Source: Alphaproteobacteria bacterium (GTDB lineage: Bacteria > Pseudomonadota > Alphaproteobacteria > SHVV01). From it: a stretch of 64,000 nt of DNA. Where the stretch lies: the NCBI GenBank assembly GCA_965261735.1, contig OZ253470.1, forward strand, positions 416,001 to 480,000, in the 5' to 3' direction. Under the pieces are notes generated by a model that saw nothing but the letters and a program-made list of their open reading frames with translations, made no database searches and had not been told where the DNA came from. Below, piece after piece: positions 53,232-62,179 of this stretch; within the stretch, counting starts at the first letter, position 1; the number at the start of each line of letters is the position of its first letter. Position numbers and translations under genes: made by a program.

Positions 53232-53668
53232 ATTCTTGTCCTTTCTCGGTCGTCGGCGTTGGTTCAGCTCTCAACGGCTACGACGTCGGGATCGTGGTCT
53301 CGCTCCCTGATATCGACTCTGCCGAGGTCGAAATCTGCGTTGAGAAAGTCGATTTCCACAGCGCGGGCAAGCCTGGCACCGATCGCATGCTGCTCGATGA
53401 CGGAACTGGTGGGTTCAGCAAACGAACGTTTTCGAGAGCGAACGTATGTTTAGCGGCCGAAAACAGACGCTCTCGCAGGCTTTACGTCACGTCCGGAGAT
53501 GAACCAGAAGGAGGCACTGGCGATCTGTTCGGATATCCAGGGGTTTCCGTACACGCGGGATCGTCCGGATAAAACCCAGCACTAGATACTGGACGTGCCG
53601 CGCATGAAAGGGGCGAGATCAACCAAACACGCATCTGCGACAGCCGCTCAGTTGGAAAGCCCCTGTGG

Positions 53669-55054
53669 TTATTTTCGAAAGTCCGCGTAATCGGCACGTT
53701 GCCCGCGATTGCTTTCGTTTGATCTGGTGGCGTCGGTCTCGCGCCAGGTCTTGGCTTGCATTATGCCGAACGGACGGCGGACCGAGTTGGGCGCAATACC
53801 GGCGCGGAGCGCGCTGAGGACGCCGGCCGCTTCCCAGTAGTTTTCGACGACGAATAGCTGGTGGGGTTGCCACGGCAATATCGTCAGATCGTTGCGCATG
53901 ACGCCGCGCCCCTCGCGGATGGCGATGACCGGGATGCCTTGTTCCAGGGCGGCCAGCGTCGGTAGCCCGATGCAGCCATCCGGTAGGATCAGGCACGAGA
54001 CGTTCTCTGCGGTTAGCACGTCGGCGACCCGCATCTCGACCGGGTCGACGACGATGCGTGGGCTTTGCTTAAGTCCTTTGAGTACGCATTGCAGGAACGA
54101 CGACGAGATCGCTTCCGCGGCCATGCGGGGATCGACCCGGCCGGGATCCGCGAACAGGATGTCGCGCGACTCCATCATCGGCGCGTGAGCGGACGGCACG
54201 TCGAAGACGTGCGCGACAGCGTGGGTCAACATCGCCTCGACGCCGCCCCACGGATTGATCATGTCGCCGTTGCTGTCGAAATAGCGGTCGTGATAGCCCT
54301 CCGGCACGTCAATCAGCGATGAAATCGCGATCGCGTCGTAACTGTCTCGCGTCTCGCGCAGCAGCTCGAACAGTCGGCCGATGCCACGGCCCGACCCGGC
54401 GGCCCGGCCCGACGCGGTATAGCTGGCTTCCAACTCCAAAGGTGGGTCGAGTCTATAGATCCCAGCGCATTCGAGCCCATAAATGGCGCGCGCCGCCTCC
54501 ACGGTGTTGAGGGCGAGGTTCTCGATCATCTCGTCCGAACGGGCATCAATCACTACGAGCACGCGATTGGCGCGCACCGGCCTGAGCCCTATGGTTCCCA
54601 TCAACAGGCGGCAAATCACGCTGCCTTCGACGTAGGAGGCGTTCGCGGGAATCTCGTTGATGTCGCTGGCGTTGACGACGTTGGGGTGGGTGATGAGGTG
54701 ATCGCAGCAGGTAGCGAACAGCTGCGCCGCCGGGGTCGCGTCACCGGCGTGGCCGCCGACCTCCGCGCCGATCCCCGTCGGCACTAGATAGACTGCGTTG
54801 AAACCGCTAGCCGATTCGGCCGACCGCCGTTCGAACGCGAAGATCGTGCGCTCGCCTAACCGCTCGACGTCACGCGCGCCGACTAGGCAGCCGATCTCGC
54901 ACTGGTATTGGCCGTCCTCGATGGCGGTGACGGCAAGGCGCACCGGAACCTCCCCCTCCGCGACGCGGAGAGACAGCGCCTTTTCCATGTGCCCGATTAG
55001 ACCGGCGTGACCGGGCGCCAGCGGGATGGCGACGCGCAGTTCACGCAACTGCAC
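53669..55054 (-). CDS. DUF3326 family protein
   Basis: VPTGIGAEVGGHAGDA, LITHPNVVN, YVEGS, HAP, DPRMAAE, CVLKGL. Confidence 0.82.
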   Translation of the reverse strand: MQLRELRVAIPLAPGHAGLIGHMEKALSLRVAEGEVPVRLAVTAIEDGQYQCEIGCLVGARDVERLGERTIFAFERRSAESASGFNAVYLVPTGIGAEVGGHAGDATPAAQLFATCCDHLITHPNVVNASDINEIPANASYVEGSVICRLLMGTIGLRPVRANRVLVVIDARSDEMIENLALNTVEAARAIYGLECAGIYRLDPPLELEASYTASGRAAGSGRGIGRLFELLRETRDSYDAIAISSLIDVPEGYHDRYFDSNGDMINPWGGVEAMLTHAVAHVFDVPSAHAPMMESRDILFADPGRVDPRMAAEAISSSFLQCVLKGLKQSPRIVVDPVEMRVADVLTAENVSCLILPDGCIGLPTLAALEQGIPVIAIREGRGVMRNDLTILPWQPHQLFVVENYWEAAGVLSALRAGIAPNSVRRPFGIMQAKTWRETDATRSNESNRGQRADYADFRK

Positions 55055-56204
55055 GGTCGGCGATCCCAGACAGTTGGGCGAACTCTTCGAACGAATCCTC
55101 GCGGACCAGTTTCAGCGACCCGTCGCGCCGGCGCAGGTAGATCGACGGCAGGCCAACGCCGTTGAAGCGGTGGGCCTTGGAAATCGTGTAGGCCCCCATA
55201 TTGAGAAACGTCAACCGCGACCCGACCGCAAGCGGCATGTCGAACGCGTATTCGCCGAAAACGTCCCCCGCCATGCAGGTACATCCGGCAAGTATATAGC
55301 CGTGCAATCCGCCGGCCACGTGGCCCAAAATGTCCGGTTCGAACTGAAACTCGAAAACCTCGGGCATGTGGTTGACCGCCGTGTCCAAGACCGCGATCTG
55401 GAGATCGTCCCCTCCGAGGATGTCGTGCACCGTCGCCTCGATCGTTCCCGCGCGGCGGACCAGCGCCGCGCCCGGTTCGATGAAGACGTCGAGGCCGAAG
55501 CGTTGGCGGAAGATCGCGACCGCGTCAAAAAAATCGGCTAGGTCGTCCGCCTCGATGAACAGGTAGCCACCGCCCAGGTTGATCCAGTCCATGCGCTCCA
55601 ACACGTGCGGGATCACGTCCTCGATGTGGCGCGCGGTCGCCAGCAGGCTGGCAAAGTCGGTCTCGTCGCAATTGGTATGAAAATGCAAGCCGCCGATGCC
55701 CTCGAGCCGGCCGGGGTCGGACCTGGCTAGCTCGGCCAGATCGTGGACCGGCACGCCGAGCTTGGAATTGCGCCGGCAAGGGTCGTAGCGCTGGTCGCGC
55801 ACGAAGGAAAGTTGCGGATTGATGCGGAGCCCCTGGCGGGTCCGGGACGAGGCCTTCTTACCCAGCCGCTCCCACTGCGATAGCGAGTTGAAGGTCACGG
55901 ACGCGAGGCGGTCGCCGAATACCTCCAAGGTTTCCGCTTTGACTAAGGGGCTAATCAAATGCAAGGGCCCCCCGTCGCCACACAGGCGCTCGATCAGCTT
56001 GAGCTCGTAGGGCGAACTGCAAGCAAAACCGTCCACATTTTGCGACACGGGTTGCAGGACGTCGGACAACGCGCATGCCTTGGGGGAATAGAGCAATTTG
56101 CACGAGGCTTGGTCCGCGATCTCGCGAACCGCCGCCAGGTCCGCTTCCAGGGTCTTTTGGTCGATCACGAAGGCCGGCGTTGCGATGGGCGTCGCCAAAG
56201 TCAT
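55041..56204 (-). CDS. nspC: Carboxynorspermidine/carboxyspermidine decarboxylase
   Basis: TPAFV, GLRINP, YDPC...SKLG, GLHFHTNCE, NLGGG, EPG, HMPEV, TCMAGD, FNGVGLPSI. Confidence 0.85.
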   Translation of the reverse strand: MTLATPIATPAFVIDQKTLEADLAAVREIADQASCKLLYSPKACALSDVLQPVSQNVDGFACSSPYELKLIERLCGDGGPLHLISPLVKAETLEVFGDRLASVTFNSLSQWERLGKKASSRTRQGLRINPQLSFVRDQRYDPCRRNSKLGVPVHDLAELARSDPGRLEGIGGLHFHTNCDETDFASLLATARHIEDVIPHVLERMDWINLGGGYLFIEADDLADFFDAVAIFRQRFGLDVFIEPGAALVRRAGTIEATVHDILGGDDLQIAVLDTAVNHMPEVFEFQFEPDILGHVAGGLHGYILAGCTCMAGDVFGEYAFDMPLAVGSRLTFLNMGAYTISKAHRFNGVGLPSIYLRRRDGSLKLVREDSFEEFAQLSGIADRAVA

Positions 56205-56208
56205 TCCC

Positions 56209-57369
56209 TCAATCCAATATCACGTGCGGAACGAAACGGGCATCCGGGCTCGTCACTAGGTTTCGGTCCTCGCGAATGCACAACCCCGCCGATCGGCCGG
56301 CCACCATCCAACAGCCGACGAGAGGATAGATGCCGTCGAATTCCGGCAGCGGGTGAAACGCCTGGACGATGTAGCCCTCCTCACCATAGGGGCCGCCACG
56401 GCGCAACGCTACGTCGTCTTCGCCATGGATCTCGACGTTCCAACCCTGGCGCGAAAGCAACGGCTTGCGGACAAAATTGGGCGGCAGGTCCGCCGCCCGC
56501 GGATCGCCCTCGAAATAGGAAGGCAGCAGGTTGGGGTGGCCCTCGAACATTTCCCACAAGAAGGGGAGCAGGCCCTTGTTGGCGAGGACCGCTTTCCACG
56601 GCGGCTCGAGGAAATGAACGTCGCTCGTCGGCAGGTAGCGTGCGAAATCCTCGCCCATTATCCATTCCCAGGGATAAAGCTTGAACATCGAGGAAATGAC
56701 CTCGTCTTCGAGGTCGGTGAAGTGCCCCTGCAAGTCGACCCCGATATCCTTCATGGCGATGAAGCGCGTCTCGAGACCCGCATCCCGCGCACAGTCCTCG
56801 AGATAGTCGATGGTCCCCTTGTCGTCCTCGATCTCTTCGATGCAGGCGAAATGAAGCAGTCCCTCGACGCCGAGATTGGCAATCGCGCCGAGCAGGTCCT
56901 CGTAGAGTTCGTTGAACTGATCGCATTCCTTGGGGATGAGGTCCAGGGCCGCCGCCTGTTCCAGCCACAGCCACTGGAATTCCGAGGACTCGTAGAGCGC
57001 CGTCGGCGTATCCGCATTGTATTCAAGCAGCTTGGCGTCGCCGGTGCCGTCGTAGGAAAAGTCCATGCGCCCGTACAGGTCCTTCTCCCGGCCGCGCCAG
57101 CTATCGGCGACATAGTCCCAATAGGACTCCGGAATGCGAAGCCGGCGAAAGATCGTATCGTCGGCCACGGCCCGGTCCAACAGCTCGTGGCACATGCCCT
57201 CGATGGCGTCGCCGCAGCGTTCGATGTCGTCTTCGATCTGCCTCAGCGTGAAGCGGTAATAGACGCTTTCGTCCCAATAGCGCACACCGCCCGCTTCGTC
57301 GCGTTCGAACGCGTGGTCGAGCGCCGTCCGTTCGAGATCCGGGCGCGCGGCTACAGGAACGCGCTGCAT
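56209..57369 (-). CDS. Glutathionylspermidine synthase-like ATP-grasp ligase (YgiC/YjfC family)
   Basis: YWDES, YGRMDF, LEYNADTPT, KLYPWE, EPPWK, HPNLLP, KPLLSRQG. Confidence 0.92.
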   Translation of the reverse strand: MQRVPVAARPDLERTALDHAFERDEAGGVRYWDESVYYRFTLRQIEDDIERCGDAIEGMCHELLDRAVADDTIFRRLRIPESYWDYVADSWRGREKDLYGRMDFSYDGTGDAKLLEYNADTPTALYESSEFQWLWLEQAAALDLIPKECDQFNELYEDLLGAIANLGVEGLLHFACIEEIEDDKGTIDYLEDCARDAGLETRFIAMKDIGVDLQGHFTDLEDEVISSMFKLYPWEWIMGEDFARYLPTSDVHFLEPPWKAVLANKGLLPFLWEMFEGHPNLLPSYFEGDPRAADLPPNFVRKPLLSRQGWNVEIHGEDDVALRRGGPYGEEGYIVQAFHPLPEFDGIYPLVGCWMVAGRSAGLCIREDRNLVTSPDARFVPHVILD

Positions 57370-57414
57370 GCGGAGTGAACGGGGACGGCCGGGCGGGTGC
57401 GCGACGCGGCCGGA

Positions 57415-58107
57415 TCAGGCGCCGCGTTGTGCCCTGAGACGCGCCAGCACGTCGCCGCCCTTCGCGCCACCATCGACGATCCCGGCGGCTTTGAGCTTGT
57501 CGTCGAGACTGACCTCTTCGGTCGAAAGGGCGAGTTCGTTGGCGGCTTCGAACCTCGCAGCGCGTTCCGACTGTTTCGTTTTCAGCCGTTGCAAACTGTC
57601 GAGGGCGCCCTGCATGCTCGAACCGGCACCGGCGTGGCGTGCCGCGACCGCGGCCTGGGCGCGTTGGACCGTTTCCGTCGCCTTGACCGTGTCGACCTGC
57701 TGCTTGAGCCGTTTCAGGTTGGCCTCGGTTTGGCCGACGGCGCGGCGAAGTTGCGCCTCGTTGTTGGCGAAGGACTTGGCGAGGCCTTCTTCGCCGGCGA
57801 GTTCGGCTTCCAGCCCGGCGATCTTGTCAGCGATCTCCGTCGCCAGGGTTTCGTCGCCCTTGTCGAGCGCCTGCATGGCGTAGCCTTCATATTCCTTGAT
57901 CGAGGCCTTTAGGGATTCGACCTTCTTGTCGGCGATCTTGCGCTTGGCGATGATTCCGGTCAGAGCTTCCTTCGAGCGGATGAGTCCGTTATCGGCGTCG
58001 CGGATTTCCTGGTCGAGGATGCGCAGCGCCTGACTGTCGACGATCGCCTCGCCGGCTTCGTTGACGCCGCCGCGGATGGCCGTCGCGACTTTTGCCCAAA
58101 TATTCAA
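57415..58107 (-). CDS. PspA/IM30 family protein (YjfJ-like)
   Basis: TTG start after GAAGGAG; NIWAKVATAIRGG, LRILDQEIRDA, long coiled coil, VLARL. Confidence 0.9.
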   Translation of the reverse strand: MNIWAKVATAIRGGVNEAGEAIVDSQALRILDQEIRDADNGLIRSKEALTGIIAKRKIADKKVESLKASIKEYEGYAMQALDKGDETLATEIADKIAGLEAELAGEEGLAKSFANNEAQLRRAVGQTEANLKRLKQQVDTVKATETVQRAQAAVAARHAGAGSSMQGALDSLQRLKTKQSERAARFEAANELALSTEEVSLDDKLKAAGIVDGGAKGGDVLARLRAQRGA

Positions 58108-58156
58108 ATGCCTTACTCCTTCGTCAGATTCGTTGCGCGTGTTGCGGCGCAAATGT

Positions 58157-58780
58157 TCAAGCGACCTTCTTCAGGTCCGATTGGTAGGCCTCGGCGACCT
58201 GCATCGCGTTGTCGGCCAGTGTTTCGATTTCGAAAATGACCGATTGCAAAATCGAACCCGCGTTGAGTGCGCCGAACAGTTCGTAATAATCCTTTCCGTC
58301 GGGCCCCGTGCGGATACCGAAGGTCGACAACGCCAAGAGCTTGTGGGTCTTCAGGATCGTGGCATTGAATTCGGCGGGGTCCGCCACGTTATCCACGGGC
58401 CAAAGCAGGGTATCGACCAGGATCTGCCCACCGCTGACGCTCATGAGGAGGGGCAGATCGCCGAACTCCGTCATGGTGATGAGAATCCCCGGATCGGCAC
58501 CTTCCACAAGTTCGACGATAAAATCGCCGGACGACGCAGGCTCCGATTGAGCCAACGCCGCACATAGGGTCTCTGTAGTCCAGTTTTCGTCTTGGCTCAT
58601 GGTTCTCTTCCTAATGGTTCTTGGAATGAAGGGAATAACGCCCTCCCTGAGCGCCGCCTGACAGTCCTTGAGGACCCTGACGAATTGGGGTGGAATCCAA
58701 ATCTCGCACTTGACGAAGCCCCGCTCGCGCAAGCGCGCGCGGTAGCGGGACTGATAATAGGATGACTTTTTCGTTGCCAT
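58157..58780 (-). CDS. yjfI: YjfI/DUF2170 protein with an N-terminal basic extension
   Basis: EFGDLP, GGQILV, LKTHKLLALSTFG, YELFGAL, EIETLADN; alternative ATG at 58600. Confidence 0.82.
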   Translation of the reverse strand: MATKKSSYYQSRYRARLRERGFVKCEIWIPPQFVRVLKDCQAALREGVIPFIPRTIRKRTMSQDENWTTETLCAALAQSEPASSGDFIVELVEGADPGILITMTEFGDLPLLMSVSGGQILVDTLLWPVDNVADPAEFNATILKTHKLLALSTFGIRTGPDGKDYYELFGALNAGSILQSVIFEIETLADNAMQVAEAYQSDLKKVA

Positions 58781-58800
58781 CAGGCCAGCCGCTTTGGTCC

Positions 58801-58826
58801 TTTACATGTAACATATAACATGTAAA
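58801..58826. promoter_or_regulatory. Putative operator, two ACATGT boxes
   Basis: TTTACATGT-N8-ACATGTAAA in the divergent intergenic region. Confidence 0.55.
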
Positions 58827-58952
58827 ATAGAAACCAAGAGTTTTTTGATGAGACAGGAACGAAGCGCCGGGAATTGTGCATCGACAGGAGCTTGTAGCCA
58901 GATGCACGAGCGGGTTGGCAAGGACAAGCGCCGATCGACTTGGCTGACTTGA

Positions 58953-60065
58953 ATGCACATCATTCTGTCGCGAGTCGCGAAACGCATCTTCGCCAGGATC
59001 GTCGGGCTGAGTTGGGATGCGGTCCTCGTCCTCGCGGCCTGCCATTTCGCCATATCTTGGGGCGTGATAGCCCTTGCCGGCAGCGAGGAAATAACCGAGG
59101 TCGGCATATTTTGGTACTTTTACCTCACCACTGCCACCACCGTGGGTTATGGCGACTACTCGCCGGCAACCTCGGCCGGACGACTGGTCACCGTGTTGTG
59201 GGTCATGCCCGGCGGCATCGCGCTGTTTACGACGGTCATCGCCAAAGCGGTGCAACAGGTATCCGACCGATGGAGGAAAGGCGTGCGCGGACAATCGAGT
59301 TACGAGAATCTGGCGGCTCACATCGTCATTCTCGGCTGGCATGGCTTCCAGACCCAGCGGATGGTCGATCAACTCCGCGGCGACATTGGCGAAAAGGACC
59401 GTGAAATAGTCTTGTGCACGACCCAGGACATCGACAACCCGATGCCCGATCAGGTGCGCTTCGTCCGCGGCGCCGAGCTCAACACGCCGGACGTGCTGAC
59501 CCGCGCCGGTGTGGCCACGGCCGGGTACATCATCGCCCTCGGCCATGACGACAGCGAGACCCTCGCCGCCGCCTTGGGAGCCGCTGCGGTCAACCACGAC
59601 GCCCATATCGTCGCCTATTTCGACCACGAGAGTTTCGCGAATCTCCTTAAGGCCCATTGTCCGCTCGCCGAATGCAACGTGTCGCTGTCGATCGAGCTCA
59701 TGGTGCGCTCGGCCCAGGATCCCGGTTCGAGCCGCGTCCAGCGCCAATTGCTGTCGACCCTGGAAGGACCGACCCAATTTAGTCTCACGGTGCCGCAGGA
59801 CGCCGACGCGGTGAGTTACGGCGCCCTGTTCGCGAAGTTGAAGGAAAACCACGACGCGACCTTGATTGGCGTCGCCGAAAGCGCCTTGGGCGACGACCTC
59901 ATCCTCAACGCGCCGTCGGGTTACCGGGTCGATCCCGGAACGATTGTCTATTTCCTGGCGGCGCGGCGGATCGAGCCGGGCGAGATCGATTGGCCGGCGC
60001 TAAGGGCAGGGCAGGCCATGCCTCGCATCGCTAACACGTCGCCAAACCCAGGATGCTCGACATGA
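58953..60065 (+). CDS. 2-TM potassium channel with RCK domain
   Basis: TTVGYGD selectivity filter, HIVILGW Rossmann-like RCK. Confidence 0.9.
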   Translation: MHIILSRVAKRIFARIVGLSWDAVLVLAACHFAISWGVIALAGSEEITEVGIFWYFYLTTATTVGYGDYSPATSAGRLVTVLWVMPGGIALFTTVIAKAVQQVSDRWRKGVRGQSSYENLAAHIVILGWHGFQTQRMVDQLRGDIGEKDREIVLCTTQDIDNPMPDQVRFVRGAELNTPDVLTRAGVATAGYIIALGHDDSETLAAALGAAAVNHDAHIVAYFDHESFANLLKAHCPLAECNVSLSIELMVRSAQDPGSSRVQRQLLSTLEGPTQFSLTVPQDADAVSYGALFAKLKENHDATLIGVAESALGDDLILNAPSGYRVDPGTIVYFLAARRIEPGEIDWPALRAGQAMPRIANTSPNPGCST

Positions 60066-60076
60066 TCGGCGGCACT

Positions 60077-60754
60077 ATGAAATCGCTCTTCAAGAGCGGT
60101 GTGCGCGACGTCAGGAACAAATTCTCCAAACGCGGCGAGGACGATGAATTGCCGATGCCGTTGGGCTTGCGCATCGGCGCGGCGGTCGATATCGACACTT
60201 TGCCGTTGCGCATGCACGCCGACGACCTGCATGTCGAGTTGCCGGAGGAAACGATCCTGATCGTCGCACAGGGATTTGTCGATCTCGGCGACGACGCGTA
60301 CGTGCACCGCTATTACGGCGAGGACGACACGATGATCCAGGTGCTCACGGTCAACGGCGTCGCCGACCAGCATGTCGAGGAAGTCACCCTTTATGTGCCG
60401 TACAAAAGCTTCTATCCGGGTAGCCAGGGGGAATGGGCGCAATGGACCGCGAAGGGGGGTAAGATGGGCGCGCCCACCTACCGGTTCGACGACGGCACGG
60501 AGTATGAACGTATTTGGTTCGACACCACGCCGGGCCACGCCGATCCGGTGGTGTTCACCGAGGAAGTTTACGAAGATGCCGAAACCGGAGAGGCGAGCGA
60601 CGTCGTCCAGCAGGTCATGCTGTTCGGCCGCAACCTGGAAGAGGGAAAAAAGAACGAGTACCTCTTGATAACGGTCGAGGCCTACGAAGGGGAAAGGACC
60701 GTGGAGCTCATGGTCGGCGTGGACCTCGACCTCTCCACGGTGAAAGTCATTTGA
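60077..60754 (+). CDS. yjfK: YjfK/DUF2491 family protein
   Basis: PLGLRIG, QGFVDLG, HRYY, YERIW, EYLL. Confidence 0.75.
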   Translation: MKSLFKSGVRDVRNKFSKRGEDDELPMPLGLRIGAAVDIDTLPLRMHADDLHVELPEETILIVAQGFVDLGDDAYVHRYYGEDDTMIQVLTVNGVADQHVEEVTLYVPYKSFYPGSQGEWAQWTAKGGKMGAPTYRFDDGTEYERIWFDTTPGHADPVVFTEEVYEDAETGEASDVVQQVMLFGRNLEEGKKNEYLLITVEAYEGERTVELMVGVDLDLSTVKVI

Positions 60755-60828
60755 CGGGAAAGGTCGGAACCGGCGGCCCAACGAACGTCGCCAAAAACAC
60801 CGGCCGAGAGTCCGGAAAGGGGTTTTGA

Positions 60829-61242
60829 ATGGTTGCGCAGCTCAACCTATATTTGACGGAGTTGCCGGAGTTCTTGGCGTTCCTCGTCGTCTCCCTCATC
60901 CTGATGATCGTATTCGTCGCGGTCTATACCAACGTCACTCGGCACAACGAGATCAAGCTGATCAAGGAGAACTCGGTCGCCGCCGCGGTCGCCTTTTCGG
61001 GCAGCATGATCGGTTTCGCTCTGCCGCTGGCGAGCGCCATGATCAGTTCACGCACGATCCTTGAGATGATCATCTGGGGCGTGGTCGCGCTGATCGTGCA
61101 GATCCTCGTCTATCTCCTCGTGCGGCTGCCGATGCCGCGGGTATCGCAGCGTATCGAGAACAACGAGATCGCCGCCGGCATCTGGCTCGGCGCCTCGTCG
61201 CTCAGCGCCGGCATCCTGAATGCCGCCAGCATGACCCCGTGA
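60829..61242 (+). CDS. yjfL: DUF350 membrane protein (YjfL-like)
   Basis: T.HNE..LIK.N..AAA, GFALPLASA, WG..AL.VQ, GILNAASM. Confidence 0.88.
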   Translation: MVAQLNLYLTELPEFLAFLVVSLILMIVFVAVYTNVTRHNEIKLIKENSVAAAVAFSGSMIGFALPLASAMISSRTILEMIIWGVVALIVQILVYLLVRLPMPRVSQRIENNEIAAGIWLGASSLSAGILNAASMTP

Positions 61243-61258
61243 GAAAGGAGTGCGTTCG

Positions 61259-61789
61259 ATGAAACGCTCGACCATCATCACAGTGGCCCTGCTCGGGGTG
61301 GGCGCACTGGCCCTGACCCTCAGCCTCTTCGGCGAATCGAAAGAAGAAGTCCTCACCTACGAATCGGTGGAGGCGTGCATCGCCGCCGGGGTTCAGGACG
61401 AATCGATATGCCGCGCCGAATTCGACAAGGCCACGGCGTTGCACGAGGAGGTCGCCCCGCGTTACCAAGCATCCTCAGCGTGCTACGCCGAATTCGGCTA
61501 CGACCGGTGTTATCGACGGCGAACCTCCACCGGTTCGCTCTGGTTGCCGTTCATGGTCGGCTACATGCTGGCGCCGCGCGGTCGCTCGGCGTTGATTTAT
61601 TCGCAGCCGCTCTACCGCCCCAGCAACGCCCCCAACCAGTTCCACACCAGCCGCGGCGTCAACGTTGGAAACGTGTCCGCCACCGGCCGCGCGCAGGTTG
61701 CCAAGTCCCAGCTCAGCCAGCCTCAAGCGCGCACCCGCACGGTCGCGCGCGGTGGTTTCGGCGCCCGGTCGAGGAGTTCAGCAAGCTAG
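61259..61789 (+). CDS. yjfM: DUF1190 protein (YjfM/YgiB-like)
   Basis: Four conserved Cys, APRY, PFMVGY, QPLY, TVARGGFG tail. Confidence 0.85.
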   Translation: MKRSTIITVALLGVGALALTLSLFGESKEEVLTYESVEACIAAGVQDESICRAEFDKATALHEEVAPRYQASSACYAEFGYDRCYRRRTSTGSLWLPFMVGYMLAPRGRSALIYSQPLYRPSNAPNQFHTSRGVNVGNVSATGRAQVAKSQLSQPQARTRTVARGGFGARSRSSAS

Positions 61790-62179
61790 TTGATGTGCTT
61801 GGCCCGGTGGAGGCCTCGCTCGCGGTCGTCTCGTGGTGCTCGGCGTGGGCGCCTTCGGCCACCGCCCGCGCGCGATCGCCCGTCGCGCGAACGCGGTGTG
61901 CCAGTCCGCGCTGCTGCCCGCGCGGATGTCGGTGGCCACCTCCAGCAGTTCGTTGACGTCGGCGCCCCCCTAACAGCATCACCAGAACGGTCGAGAAGTC
62001 GAAGGCCTCCTGCGTGCCGTCATTCCAATAGTGAAACGTCGCGGGTTCCTTCTGCGCGGCCGCTTCTGCGCCGGCCATTTGACACCGCGCCCGCGCCCGC
62101 GACTGGGACGAGCAGGCGGCGCGGTCTGACGACCGGCGACGCGCGCTCGGCTTGTGCAAGGCGCTCCGCCCAGCGTTCC

